A stretch of DNA of 64,000 nucleotides from Candidatus Aldehydirespiratoraceae bacterium (GCA_047639555.1 JBLIOE010000010.1:20967-84966), one strand, 5' to 3'. Numbered from the stretch's first letter, positions 1-9,437 are shown. Made by a program: numbers and translations. Notes: generated by a model from the sequence alone, not told the origin.

Positions 1-1
1 C

Positions 2-226
2 GAGGAGGCCCACCTCTTCTACGGCGACAAAGCCGGCATCGCCGCAATCGGCGAGACCCTCGCCATTGGCCGTATGGGTGTTCCCGAAGAGATCGCCGAC
101 GTCGTTCTGTTTCTCGCATCCCCGATGGCCCGCTGGGTCACCGGTTGCTCGATTCCCGTACACGGCGGGGGCGAGAAGCCCGGCTATCTCGACGCCTCAA
201 CCGGCGAGGTCACACATTCCTCATGA
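2..226 (+). CDS. short-chain dehydrogenase/reductase, C-terminal fragment (gene begins upstream of window)
   Basis: Frame 2 reads ...GRMGVPEEIADVVLFLASPMARWVTGCSIPVHGGG..., the typical SDR C-terminal signature. Stop TGA is at 224-226. It is absent from the ORF track because there is no start codon inside the window. Confidence 0.7.
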   Translation, partial: EEAHLFYGDKAGIAAIGETLAIGRMGVPEEIADVVLFLASPMARWVTGCSIPVHGGGEKPGYLDASTGEVTHSS

Positions 227-519
227 AGACAGCCCTCATGAATACATTCCTCATGAAGACACGGCTTGTTCTTATCGTCCTGGCGCTGACTCTCGGCTTG
301 AGCGCGCCCGCCGCGGCGCAAGACGATATCCCCGACGCATGCCGCACGATCATTGGCTGCTCCGACGCAGGTCCCAAACCCGAACACCCGGGCGACCGGG
401 GCGGCTACGCCCAGTTCCTCACCCTCGGCATGCTGATCGTGGGCGTCGGGTTCATCGGTACCAAGGTCACGCGGGCGGTCCGCGCGGGCGACAAGCGCAC
501 CCTCAACCAGAGCGAGTGA
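223..519 (+). CDS. small signal-peptide/membrane protein, unknown function
   Basis: ATG 223 overlaps the SDR stop (tcATGA). An alternative ATG at 253 lies in the second copy of an 18-bp duplication. The N-terminus MKTRLVLIVLALTLGLSAPAAAQ looks like a signal peptide. A C-terminal hydrophobic helix FLTLGMLIVGVGFIG is followed by a basic tail. Confidence 0.5.
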   Translation: MKTALMNTFLMKTRLVLIVLALTLGLSAPAAAQDDIPDACRTIIGCSDAGPKPEHPGDRGGYAQFLTLGMLIVGVGFIGTKVTRAVRAGDKRTLNQSE

Positions 520-554
520 ACACACCGCCCTCAACTGAGTTCGTGGGCTAGCAA

Positions 555-815
555 CTACTCGCCCGGATTCTCACCAATCTCTTTCAGTGCGTCGCGAATC
601 GCGCCGCGAAGACGACGGGCGAGTACCGGGGTGAGATGGGTCATCAATCCCTCGGCCGGCCGACCAACTTCCTCAACGGTGAGCACAACACGGGGTTCGG
701 CATCGTCGTAGTCATCGCTGATCTGAATCGCCCACGAGACCGGCGCAAGATCGTCCTCCCACCCAGGCGGGATGTCGTCGGGCGTGGCCGGGTAGTCATC
801 AATGGAGCGTTTCAC
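555..815 (-). CDS. hypothetical small acidic protein
   Basis: 86-aa ORF with a GTG start preceded by AAAGGGA. No recognisable domain. It is divergent from the cysH promoter region. Confidence 0.4.
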   Translation of the reverse strand: MKRSIDDYPATPDDIPPGWEDDLAPVSWAIQISDDYDDAEPRVVLTVEEVGRPAEGLMTHLTPVLARRLRGAIRDALKEIGENPGE

Positions 816-876
816 GATCCCTTTCTAGCCCAGACTTCCGCGTCCTCATGCGGAATTTGGTGAATGTACGGACTAA

Positions 877-965
877 TACCCGACAAAAATGATCGGAATT
901 GTGTGCTTTGGCCTTTGGCTGACTCTTAGGGTGATTCTCTAATCCCGACTGTTCCGATCCGAATT
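877..965 (+). promoter_or_regulatory. candidate operator/promoter region of the cysH operon
   Basis: Locally AT-richer spacer. Two 24-nt boxes (877-900 and 942-965) share CCCGAC-N6-GATC-N-GAATT. A third CGGAATT lies at 851-857. A possible -35 TTGGCT and -10 TCTAAT lie between the boxes. Confidence 0.3.
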
Positions 966-982
966 AAGAGGATTCACGCCTG

Positions 983-1690
983 ATGACCCTTCTCGACGCT
1001 GCATTCGACACCCCGGTCGCTCTCCGCACCGGCCGCCGATTCGCGACGGCGGACGTTGCCGCGATGAGTGAGTCATTCGAAGGCTGTCACCCCCAAGAGG
1101 TCATCGGCTGGGCCGTCGAAGCGTTCGGCGCCCGTCTCTCCCTCAGCGCCTCGTTCGCCGACACGCTCCTGATCGATCTGGCCGTGGGAGTCCACGCCGA
1201 TGTTGCGGTCGTCTTCGTCGATACGGGCTTTCACTTCGCCGAGACACTCGCCACCGTGCGCCGAGCGATGGTTCGTTACTCCCTCAATCTCACGGTGCTT
1301 CGCCCGCGGCCGACCGCCGCCGACCTGTGGGCCCACGGCACCGACACCTGCTGCGGCAGCCGAAAGGTCGCCCCGCTCGAGCGTCACCTCGTCGCCAATG
1401 CCGACGCCTGGATGAGCGGCCTCCGCCGGGAGGACAGTCCGAGTCGAGCCAACGTTCCCATCGTCGACCTCGACCTCCGCGGTCTGGTCAAGATCAACCC
1501 ACTCGCGGGCTGGTCGAACGACGAAGTGCAGCAATACATCCTCGACAACGACGTACTCGTCAACCCACTCACCTACCGCGGCTACCCCTCGATCGGCTGC
1601 TGGCCGTGCACCGATCCGGCCGATGTTTCCGACCCGCGCGCTGGTCGGTGGGCCAACTCACAGAAGACGGAATGTGGGTTGCACTCATGA
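983..1690 (+). CDS. cysH: adenylyl-sulfate / phosphoadenylyl-sulfate reductase (thioredoxin-dependent)
   Basis: The cysteine motifs CCGSRKV and GYPSIGCWPCT are typical of Fe-S type APS/PAPS reductases. An AAGAGGA RBS lies about 9 nt upstream of the ATG. Confidence 0.9.
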   Translation: MTLLDAAFDTPVALRTGRRFATADVAAMSESFEGCHPQEVIGWAVEAFGARLSLSASFADTLLIDLAVGVHADVAVVFVDTGFHFAETLATVRRAMVRYSLNLTVLRPRPTAADLWAHGTDTCCGSRKVAPLERHLVANADAWMSGLRREDSPSRANVPIVDLDLRGLVKINPLAGWSNDEVQQYILDNDVLVNPLTYRGYPSIGCWPCTDPADVSDPRAGRWANSQKTECGLHS

Positions 1691-2331
1691 GCGCCCCCTA
1701 CGCGGTCAACCTCGATCTCAGGGGCCTCTCGGTCCTGGTCGTCGGTGGCGGCCCCGTTGCCGCCCGCAAAGTCAGCGGCCTGCTCCGATCCGGCGCCGTG
1801 GTGTCGGTCGTCGCGCCGAACGCGGTTCCCGATATCAGCGAAGACCCCGACGTGCGCTGGTTCGAGCGGCCCTACCAACGAGGCGAGATCGCTTCGTACC
1901 GTCTCGGCATTACGGCCACCAACGACGCGGCGGTCAACGCCCAAGTCGCCGCCGACGCTGACACCGCAGGAATCTTCGTGAACTCGGCCGACGATCCCGA
2001 CAACTGCTCGTTCACCCTCCCGGCCGTGGCTCGGCGCGGCGATGTGCAGCTCGCCATCTCCACCAACGGACGCAGCCCCGCCCTCGCCAGCTGGCTCCGG
2101 CGCCAATATGAGCGTGAGCTCAGCGCTGGCTACGACCAGCTGCTGGATCTTCTGGCCGAAGTGCGGACCGAAACCCGCACCCTCCTCGGCACCTCCGAGA
2201 TCAAGGGGTGGGACGACGCCCTCGATGCCGACTTGCTTGGCCTCGTTCGTAGCGGCCGCATCGAAGATGCCCGCGCCATCCTCCGCGAGTCGCTCGGACT
2301 CGACACCATCCGAACCGAGGTTGCGTCATGA
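1687..2331 (+). CDS. siroheme synthase N-terminal-type protein (precorrin-2 dehydrogenase / sirohydrochlorin ferrochelatase)
   Basis: Rossmann motif LVVGGGPVAARK and overall CysG-N/Met8/SirC-like pattern. The ATG overlaps the cysH stop (ATGA). ATG 1672 is an alternative start. Confidence 0.8.
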   Translation: MSAPYAVNLDLRGLSVLVVGGGPVAARKVSGLLRSGAVVSVVAPNAVPDISEDPDVRWFERPYQRGEIASYRLGITATNDAAVNAQVAADADTAGIFVNSADDPDNCSFTLPAVARRGDVQLAISTNGRSPALASWLRRQYERELSAGYDQLLDLLAEVRTETRTLLGTSEIKGWDDALDADLLGLVRSGRIEDARAILRESLGLDTIRTEVAS

Positions 2332-3080
2332 CTGTCCATCTTGTCGGAGCCGGGCCGGGCGATCCCGACCTCCTCACCGTCCGTGCTGTGCGCCTACTCG
2401 AACGGGCCGACGTGGTCGTTTACGACCGACTTATCGACTCTCAGGTGCTCGAATTGGCACCGCCGTGGGCCGAACGGGTTGATGTGGGCAAACGTCCGGG
2501 CGCACCCGCCAACGCCCAGTCGAAGATCAACGACATCCTGGTCGACCGAGGTCGTCGGTTCGAGTGTGTCGTCCGTCTGAAAGGTGGCGATCCATTCGTC
2601 TTCGGACGCGGCGGTGAAGAAGCCCTTGAACTTCGGGCCGCCGGCATCGACGTTGCCGAAGTCCCCGGCATCACGGCGGCGATCGCCGCTCCCGCCGCCG
2701 CCGGCATTCCGGTGACCATGCGCGGCATCAGCAGCGGGTTCACGGTTGTTACTGCGCACCAGGACCCCAACGGCGACCAGTGGCTCAACTGGGACGCCTT
2801 GGCCCAGACCGGCACCACCCTCGTGATCCTCATGGGAGCCAGCCGCACGGCGCTCATCAGCGAGCGCCTCATCGCGGGCGGCATGGACCCAGCGACGCCG
2901 GTCGCCATCATCCATGCGGCCACCACGCCGGAGCAACACGTGCAACGCACCATGCTCGTCGGTCTCCCTGATCTCACGGTGATCAACCCGTCGACCCTCG
3001 TGGTTGGTGGCGTCGCCGCCCAGTCCGTCCTCGATCTCACCCCTATCACTGCGCTTACCCAGGAAGGCACCGTCCGATGA
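2328..3080 (+). CDS. cobA: uroporphyrinogen-III C-methyltransferase
   Basis: VGAGPGDPDLLTVRA..ADVVVYDRL and GGDPFVFGRGGEE are tetrapyrrole methylase motifs. ATGA overlap with the upstream stop. Confidence 0.9.
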   Translation: MTVHLVGAGPGDPDLLTVRAVRLLERADVVVYDRLIDSQVLELAPPWAERVDVGKRPGAPANAQSKINDILVDRGRRFECVVRLKGGDPFVFGRGGEEALELRAAGIDVAEVPGITAAIAAPAAAGIPVTMRGISSGFTVVTAHQDPNGDQWLNWDALAQTGTTLVILMGASRTALISERLIAGGMDPATPVAIIHAATTPEQHVQRTMLVGLPDLTVINPSTLVVGGVAAQSVLDLTPITALTQEGTVR

Positions 3081-4867
3081 CGATCCTTGACCCCCACGTC
3101 ACCACCACCGATATCGACCCGGACATCCAGGCCGACATCGACAAGTTCCGTGAGGTCCTGAGCGGCTATCAAACGGGCGATGTCAGCGAAGATGTCTTCC
3201 GCGTTTTCCGACTCACCAATGGCATCTATGGCCAACGGCAGGGCGGCACCAATCAGATGGTGCGAGTCAAGGTGCCCTACGGCTCGATGACCCCCGAGCA
3301 GTTCGACATGATCGCCAACCTCGTCGAGCGATACAGCCGCGGCTGGGGCCACATCACGACTCGCCAGAACCTGCAGTTCCACTATGTCCAGCTGGATCAG
3401 ATCCCCGATGTAATGCAGCACCTCGCCGAGGTGGGCCTCACCACTCGTGAAGCCTGTGGCGACACCGTCCGCAACGTGCAGGGCTGCCACCTCGCCGGTG
3501 CGTGCCCCCATGAGCACCTCGACATCACGCCGTGGGCTGAAGCGGCTTACCAGCACTTCGTGCGCAACCCGCTGGGCCAACGTTTGCCTCGCAAGTTCAA
3601 GATCAACTTCTCCGGTTGTGAAACCGATTGTGGGCAGGCGATGTTCAACGACGCCGGTGTCATCGCGACAACCCGAACCCTCGAAGACGGCACGGTCGAG
3701 GCTGGCTTCCGCGTGTTCATCGCGGGCGGACTCGGGACCACGCCGTTCCCGGCCATGGCCCTCGAAGACTTCACCCCGAAGGAAGAACTTCTTCCCACGC
3801 TCGAAGCCATCCTGCGAATCTTCGAACAGACCGGCAACCGTGACAACAAGCTACGGGCCCGTCTCAAGTGGGTTGTCGAGAACTTGGGCTTCGATGAAGT
3901 CCAACGCCGGATCCTCAATAACCGCAAGTTCTTGCTCGCCTCGTCCTCGTACCCAGGTGGCCTCCCCACCGAGGTACGGGTCCGCGGCGACGCCCCGGCT
4001 GGCATTGGCAACCGTGCCGCCGTCACCAAAATCGGCCAGGGCACCCCGGTCAGCATCGGCGGCTCCTCGCCCTATGACCGTTGGTTCCAAGCCAACGTGG
4101 TCCGCGGGATCGCCAGCGGGCTGGTTTCGGCCTACGCCTGGGCCCAACTCGGCGACATCACCGCCGACCAGTTCCGCGGTATCGCCGCTATCCAGCGCGA
4201 GTTCGAATCCGACATTCGGCTCACCAACCGCCAGAACTTAATCATCCGCGGTCTCGACGAATCCGACCTCCCCCGCCTCTACGAACTCCTCGTCGAGATC
4301 GGCATGGCGGAAGCGGGCGCCGAACTCGTGCGCGACGTCGTCGCTTGCCCCGGCGCCGACACCTGCAATCTTGCGGTCACCCAGAGCCGCGGTCTCGCCA
4401 AGGCCATCGGCGACGCCCTCGATGCCGAAGGGCTGGGCACCGTCGGCGGTCTGCGCATCAACATCTCCGGCTGCACAAACTCGTGTGGCCAACACCACTC
4501 GGCCGACATTGGATTCTTCGGCGCCGAGCGGCGAGCCAACGGCCGCTCCGCTCCGGGCTACCAGATGTTGCTCGGCGGGTATGTCGGCCAGGAGCAGATG
4601 CACTTCGGCGAGAAGGCACTTCGTCTTCCCGCCAAGGCCGCGGCGAACGCGGCGGTGCGGGTGGTTCGCCAGTTCGACGACGAGCGCAATGCGGGCGAGT
4701 CGTTCCGCGGCTGGCTGGAGCGGGCTGGCGGAGCGGCCGCGGTCGGCAAGAACCTCAAGGATCTCGACAGCTTCCCGGAGTTCGAGGTCGATCCCGACTT
4801 CTATGTCGACTTCGACGAGACCGGCCCGTACGTCACCGAGATTGGCGAGTCAGAGTGTGCGACCTGA
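3077..4867 (+). CDS. sirA: ferredoxin-dependent sulfite reductase (nitrite/sulfite reductase family)
   Basis: Siroheme/4Fe-4S cysteine clusters (ACPGADTCNLA, SGCTNSCGQHH) and duplicated NIR_SIR-like halves. ATGA overlap with cobA. Confidence 0.9.
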   Translation: MTILDPHVTTTDIDPDIQADIDKFREVLSGYQTGDVSEDVFRVFRLTNGIYGQRQGGTNQMVRVKVPYGSMTPEQFDMIANLVERYSRGWGHITTRQNLQFHYVQLDQIPDVMQHLAEVGLTTREACGDTVRNVQGCHLAGACPHEHLDITPWAEAAYQHFVRNPLGQRLPRKFKINFSGCETDCGQAMFNDAGVIATTRTLEDGTVEAGFRVFIAGGLGTTPFPAMALEDFTPKEELLPTLEAILRIFEQTGNRDNKLRARLKWVVENLGFDEVQRRILNNRKFLLASSSYPGGLPTEVRVRGDAPAGIGNRAAVTKIGQGTPVSIGGSSPYDRWFQANVVRGIASGLVSAYAWAQLGDITADQFRGIAAIQREFESDIRLTNRQNLIIRGLDESDLPRLYELLVEIGMAEAGAELVRDVVACPGADTCNLAVTQSRGLAKAIGDALDAEGLGTVGGLRINISGCTNSCGQHHSADIGFFGAERRANGRSAPGYQMLLGGYVGQEQMHFGEKALRLPAKAAANAAVRVVRQFDDERNAGESFRGWLERAGGAAAVGKNLKDLDSFPEFEVDPDFYVDFDETGPYVTEIGESECAT

Positions 4868-4880
4868 GTACGCTTCCACC

Positions 4881-5462
4881 GTGGACTCTGATCTCCTCGC
4901 CCAGTCGCTAAATCGCATCGATCGGTACAACGCCGACGACCCCAACGACTTCAACGGCGCGCCCCTCGCCCAGTTCCAAGGTGAGCGGGCGCACCATTGG
5001 GTCCTTCATCTCGATCCAGGCGCCACGCCGGGACTACAGCTTGCCGCTCGCGCCCATCATCTGGGGCGCTGGGAGCTGCCTCGCGCCGAGTTCGATGAGG
5101 GCCGCGACGGCTACCTCCGCTGGCGGCGCGAACAGAAGAAGCGGCACGCCGCGTTACTGGCGGCGCTCCTCGCTGATGACATGCCGGGCCCACCGCTCGA
5201 TCGAGCGATCGTCATCGTCCAGAAGAAGGGCCTCGGGAGTGATCCCGAAGTCCAGGCCTTCGAGGATGCCGTCTGCCTCACCTTTATCGAGACACAGTTT
5301 CTCTCTACCGCCGACAAGCTGGGCGACGACAACAAGATGGTCGAGGTCGTCGCCAAGACGCTGCGCAAAATGACACCTGCCGGCCACGCCGCCGCCGGGA
5401 CCATCGCCCTCGACGAACGGTCGGCTGACATCATCAAACGAGCGACGCAGGCAGAGGCTTAG
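4881..5462 (+). CDS. DUF4202-like protein
   Basis: The reading frame continues directly after the sulfite reductase gene. The sequence ...RIDRYNADDPNDFNG...LQLAARAHHLGRWELPR..GRDGYLRWRRE... resembles the DUF4202 family pattern. The start is uncertain (GTG 4881 or GTG 4857). Confidence 0.6.
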   Translation: MDSDLLAQSLNRIDRYNADDPNDFNGAPLAQFQGERAHHWVLHLDPGATPGLQLAARAHHLGRWELPRAEFDEGRDGYLRWRREQKKRHAALLAALLADDMPGPPLDRAIVIVQKKGLGSDPEVQAFEDAVCLTFIETQFLSTADKLGDDNKMVEVVAKTLRKMTPAGHAAAGTIALDERSADIIKRATQAEA

Positions 5463-6457
5463 TGCCACCCGCATTCGTCACCGACTTCGAGCCCCACCAC
5501 GGCGAGCTCACCGAGGTCTCTCCCCTCCTCCGGCGGATCGTCTGCAACAACGCTTCGAAGTTCACCTTCCATGGCACCGGCACCTATGTCATCGGCCGCG
5601 GCGAAGTTGCCGTGGTCGACCCCGGGCCTCGCGACGACGAACATGTCGAGCGCCTCCTGGCCGGACTCAAGGGTGAGACCGTCCGCGAGATACTCATCAC
5701 CCACACCCATGGCGATCACTCGCCTGCGGCGGCCTCCCTCGCGGCCGCCACCGGCGCGCCAATTCTGGCCTTCGGGCCCCACCCCGGGAGGGCGACGAGC
5801 GAGGGTGATGAAGACGTCGCCGACGACGGCGACTGGGACACCGGCGAAGAACGCAAAGAGCTCTCTGACGAAGAGAAGGCCAAGGCCAAGGCCGACCACG
5901 AGAAACATCGGCCCGACGCTGAGTTTCGCCCCGACCGCCTGTTGGCTCACGGCGAAATCGTCGAAGGACCGGGTTGGACCGTCGAGGCACTGCATACTCC
6001 GGGCCACATCTCGAACCATTTGTGTTTCGCGTTAGCCGAGGAGAAGGCGGTGCTGTCAGGGGATCACGTCATGGGTTGGTCGACCACCATCATTCCGCCG
6101 CCCGACGGCGACCTGCGGGCCTATCTCACGTCACTCGAGCTGCTCCTCGAGCGTGACGACCAGGTCCTCTATCCCACTCATGGCGCTGCCGTCACCACTC
6201 CTCAGCCCTTCATTCAGGCGCTGCATGCCCACCGGCTGAACCGGGAACGCCAAATCATTTCCCAGCTTGAGCAGGGCCCGCGTTCGGTGCGCGAGATCGT
6301 CACGGTGCTCTATGACGCGGTGGACCGTGCCCTCTGGCGACCAGCCGCCCGGTCGGTGATCGCCCACCTCATCGCGTTACGCGACGATGGACGGGCCCGG
6401 GTAGTAGTCGAATCAGCATCCCCATTGGCCACAAAGACCACGTGGGAACTGGCCTAG
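5462..6457 (+). CDS. MBL-fold metallo-hydrolase with C-terminal winged-helix-like tail
   Basis: HTHGDH metal motif. An acidic/lysine-rich insertion is present. The GTG start overlaps the upstream stop by 1 nt. Confidence 0.85.
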   Translation: MPPAFVTDFEPHHGELTEVSPLLRRIVCNNASKFTFHGTGTYVIGRGEVAVVDPGPRDDEHVERLLAGLKGETVREILITHTHGDHSPAAASLAAATGAPILAFGPHPGRATSEGDEDVADDGDWDTGEERKELSDEEKAKAKADHEKHRPDAEFRPDRLLAHGEIVEGPGWTVEALHTPGHISNHLCFALAEEKAVLSGDHVMGWSTTIIPPPDGDLRAYLTSLELLLERDDQVLYPTHGAAVTTPQPFIQALHAHRLNRERQIISQLEQGPRSVREIVTVLYDAVDRALWRPAARSVIAHLIALRDDGRARVVVESASPLATKTTWELA

Positions 6458-7458
6458 AGACCGACCGAAACCTCGACCGGGTGGTGACAGGCGAAGTAGT
6501 GGTCTTGGTCGCCGATTCGCTGCATCTGGGGTTCGTCGGTGAAGCAGATCTCGGTGGCGTGCTGGCAGCGAGTATTGAACCGGCAACCGATGGGCGGATT
6601 GATCGCCGACGGCAACTCACCGTCGATGTCGCCGTCGCTCGGGTCAACCGTTGGCGCCGGCTCGGGGATCGAGGCCAGTAGCGCTCGAGTGTAGGGATGT
6701 CGAGGGTTCTGGTAGAGCTCGTCGGCGTTGCCGATCTCGCAGGCCTTTCCGAGATACATCACGATGATGCGGTCGGAAACGTTCTTTACCACGGATAGGT
6801 CGTGGCTGATGAAGAGCAGCGTGAGGCCGTAGCGCGCCTTCATGTCTTCGAGCAGATTGAGCACCTGGGCTTGCACCGACACGTCGAGGGCCGAAACGGG
6901 CTCGTCGCAGATGATCACCTTGGGATCGAGCGCCAACGCTCGAGCAATACCGATTCGTTGACACTGACCACCAGAGAACTGGTGGGCTCGGCGATCGCCG
7001 TATTTCGGGTCGATGCCAACGGCCAACATCAACTCTTCGATGCGATCCTGTGACCAGGAACCTTGTTCGTCACCCCAAACCGCGAGTCCCTCGGAGATCA
7101 CGTCGCGAATCTTGCGGCGTGGATTCAGCGAAGAAATCGGATCCTGAAAGATCATCTGCAGATCGGGACGGATGCGGCGAAGCGGCTCACCTTCAAGTTT
7201 CGCGAGGTCGTGACCCTGATAATCGACCGAACCACCCTTGATGGAGTTCAGCCGAATGATCGACTTGGCGACCGTGGACTTGCCACAGCCGGACTCGCCC
7301 ACGATGCCGAGTGTCTCGCCCTCAGCAACATCAAACGAGATGCCGCTCACGGCATGGACGACAGCGCCTTTCCCCACCGGGAATTCGACCTCCAGGTCCT
7401 TGACCTGGAGAATGACATTCGGGTCATCGCGCAGCGGCGCGTGTCCGGATCCAGCCAT
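6454..7458 (-). CDS. oligopeptide/dipeptide ABC transporter ATP-binding protein (OppF/DppF-like)
   Basis: Walker A GESGCGKST, signature FSGGQCQR, Walker B IICDEP, and the C-terminal oligopeptide-type extension. Confidence 0.9.
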   Translation of the reverse strand: MAGSGHAPLRDDPNVILQVKDLEVEFPVGKGAVVHAVSGISFDVAEGETLGIVGESGCGKSTVAKSIIRLNSIKGGSVDYQGHDLAKLEGEPLRRIRPDLQMIFQDPISSLNPRRKIRDVISEGLAVWGDEQGSWSQDRIEELMLAVGIDPKYGDRRAHQFSGGQCQRIGIARALALDPKVIICDEPVSALDVSVQAQVLNLLEDMKARYGLTLLFISHDLSVVKNVSDRIIVMYLGKACEIGNADELYQNPRHPYTRALLASIPEPAPTVDPSDGDIDGELPSAINPPIGCRFNTRCQHATEICFTDEPQMQRIGDQDHYFACHHPVEVSVGL

Positions 7459-8519
7459 CAGGCCCCTCCTCCGGCATAACCGGTTACAGGGAGACCAGCA
7501 GCGGTCTCTCCGGCCGCAACGTTGGACGCGAGGGCCTCACGGCCTCGGTCGGTATTGGCCGGATGGAAACAAGCGAATTCGTGCATCCCCTTCACTCCAT
7601 GGCTCTCGGGCACGGCCTCCATACAGTCCGGCTGCGCGAATCGGCAGCGGGGCGCATAGGCGCATTGCTCGGGCGGGTTGATGAGTTCGGGCGGCCGCCC
7701 GGGGATCGGATCGAGGCGGGTGTGGCTGGGCTGGTCGATGCGCGGGATCGAACGAAGCAGCGCATCGGTGTAGGGATGGCGCGAGTCGCTGAAGAGGGTC
7801 TCGGTGTTGGAGCGCTCGACGATGCGACCGGCGTACATCACCGCGACATCGTCGCAGCGGCCTCGAGCAACACCAAGATCGTGGGTGATGAGAATCATCG
7901 ACATGCCGCGTTCTTCGCGCAGCTTGTCGAGGAGGTTGAGGAGGTGCCGCTGCACCGTCACGTCGACCGCAGTGGTGGGCTCATCGGCGATGAGTAGTGA
8001 GGGCTCACAGGCGAGCGCCATAGCGATCACGACACGCTGACGGAGACCACCGGAGAGCTCGTGAGGGTATTGGTCAACCCGCTTCTTCGGATCAGGAAGT
8101 CCCACCTGGCCGAGCAGATCTTCGGCCTCGGCGAGGGCATCTTTGCGGCTGCGACCCATGTGATAACGCAGGGTCTCGGCGATCTGTTCGCCGCACTTCT
8201 TGACGGGGTTGAGCGATGTCATCGGGTCTTGGAAGACCATCGTCATCTCGACACCCCAGAAATGTTTCTTGCCCGCCGCCGCGAGGGCCCGGACATCCTT
8301 ACCTTCGAAGGTGACCTCGCCCTCGATTTCGGCGGTGCGAGGCAGCAGGTTCATGAGGGTCTTGGCGGTAACGGACTTCCCCGATCCCGACTCGCCCACG
8401 ATGCCAAGCATCTGGCCCTTTTCAAGATCGAAACTCACACCATTCAGCGCACGTACGACGCCGCGGGTGGTGGGAAATCGAACACTGAGATCACGAACGG
8501 AAAGCTGTGGCTCCGACAT
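7458..8519 (-). CDS. oligopeptide/dipeptide ABC transporter ATP-binding protein (OppD/DppD-like)
   Basis: Walker A GESGSGKS, signature LSGGLRQR, Walker B LIADEP. Confidence 0.9.
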   Translation of the reverse strand: MSEPQLSVRDLSVRFPTTRGVVRALNGVSFDLEKGQMLGIVGESGSGKSVTAKTLMNLLPRTAEIEGEVTFEGKDVRALAAAGKKHFWGVEMTMVFQDPMTSLNPVKKCGEQIAETLRYHMGRSRKDALAEAEDLLGQVGLPDPKKRVDQYPHELSGGLRQRVVIAMALACEPSLLIADEPTTAVDVTVQRHLLNLLDKLREERGMSMILITHDLGVARGRCDDVAVMYAGRIVERSNTETLFSDSRHPYTDALLRSIPRIDQPSHTRLDPIPGRPPELINPPEQCAYAPRCRFAQPDCMEAVPESHGVKGMHEFACFHPANTDRGREALASNVAAGETAAGLPVTGYAGGGA

Positions 8520-8525
8520 TGGTTC

Positions 8526-9437
8526 CTAGAAGGCCGTTTCTCTGACATCGGTGTATTGGCGTATGCGATCACCGGCGAAATTGAGGGCCAGGATCGTGGC
8601 AAACATGACGGCGATCACGAGGAGCGCAACGTGCGGGAAATCGGAGAGGGCCCGACCCTTGCTCGATTCATTGATGATCTTTCCCCAACTCAACTGGCCG
8701 GCTTCTTCGCCCTCCACTGAGAGCCCGAGGAAGGCAAGACCACCTTCGGCCACCATCGCCACGCCGATCCCAAGCAGGCCGAGGGCACCCATCGGGATGA
8801 GTACGTTGGGCAGTAGTTCTCGAATAATGATGCGCCCGTTCTTTGCCCCAATCACCCGGGCGGCATCCACAAATTCGCGCTCAGCGAATACGAGGGTTTG
8901 GGCCCGAGCGAGCCGGCCAACCGGAGCAACCGACAAGATGCCGAGCGTCAGCGAGACGACCTGCAGCGTGCGACTGAAGGTGGTGACGATGAGGATTGCC
9001 AGGATGAGCGCCGGGAAGGACAACAGCGCGAAGAAGAAGAAGCTGACCGCCTGGTCGATGACACCCTTCATGTAGCCGGCAATCATGCCGAGAGTGCCGC
9101 CAACCACAAGCCCGAAGGTAATGGCAAACGCACCGACCACCAGAGAGACACGGGCCCCCCAGACCGCACGGGCGAACACGTCTCGACCGGCGTTGTCGGT
9201 GCCGAAGAAGTGACTCCAACTGGGCCCTTCCTTGAGTGGACCATTGCCGATTTCGGTTGGGTCGGCAATCGGAAGCACCGGGGCGAGGATGGCCACAAGC
9301 ACGATCGCCGAGAGCCAGGTGGTGCACAGCCAAAAGCCGAAGCCCAGGGTCTTCTTTACCGCTTCGTCGGGCCCATCTTCGGCCATCGCAACAGCCAGGC
9401 GGCCGGCTTCGAGATCGGTGTTTTCGGTATCGCTCAT
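8526..9437 (-). CDS. ABC transporter permease (OppC/DppC-like)
   Basis: Multi-TM BPD-type permease. I chose ATG 9437 because it forms an ATGA overlap with the upstream permease stop. The longer ORF reaches 9464. Confidence 0.85.
   Translation of the reverse strand: MSDTENTDLEAGRLAVAMAEDGPDEAVKKTLGFGFWLCTTWLSAIVLVAILAPVLPIADPTEIGNGPLKEGPSWSHFFGTDNAGRDVFARAVWGARVSLVVGAFAITFGLVVGGTLGMIAGYMKGVIDQAVSFFFFALLSFPALILAILIVTTFSRTLQVVSLTLGILSVAPVGRLARAQTLVFAEREFVDAARVIGAKNGRIIIRELLPNVLIPMGALGLLGIGVAMVAEGGLAFLGLSVEGEEAGQLSWGKIINESSKGRALSDFPHVALLVIAVMFATILALNFAGDRIRQYTDVRETAF

Noticed and set aside
2441-3580. 379-aa ORF on the minus strand across cobA and the sulfite reductase gene
   Set aside because: It is antisense to two genes with unmistakable enzyme motifs. 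Its translation is Arg/Ala/Pro/Ser-rich, as expected for an out-of-frame read of high-GC coding DNA, and it has no motifs.
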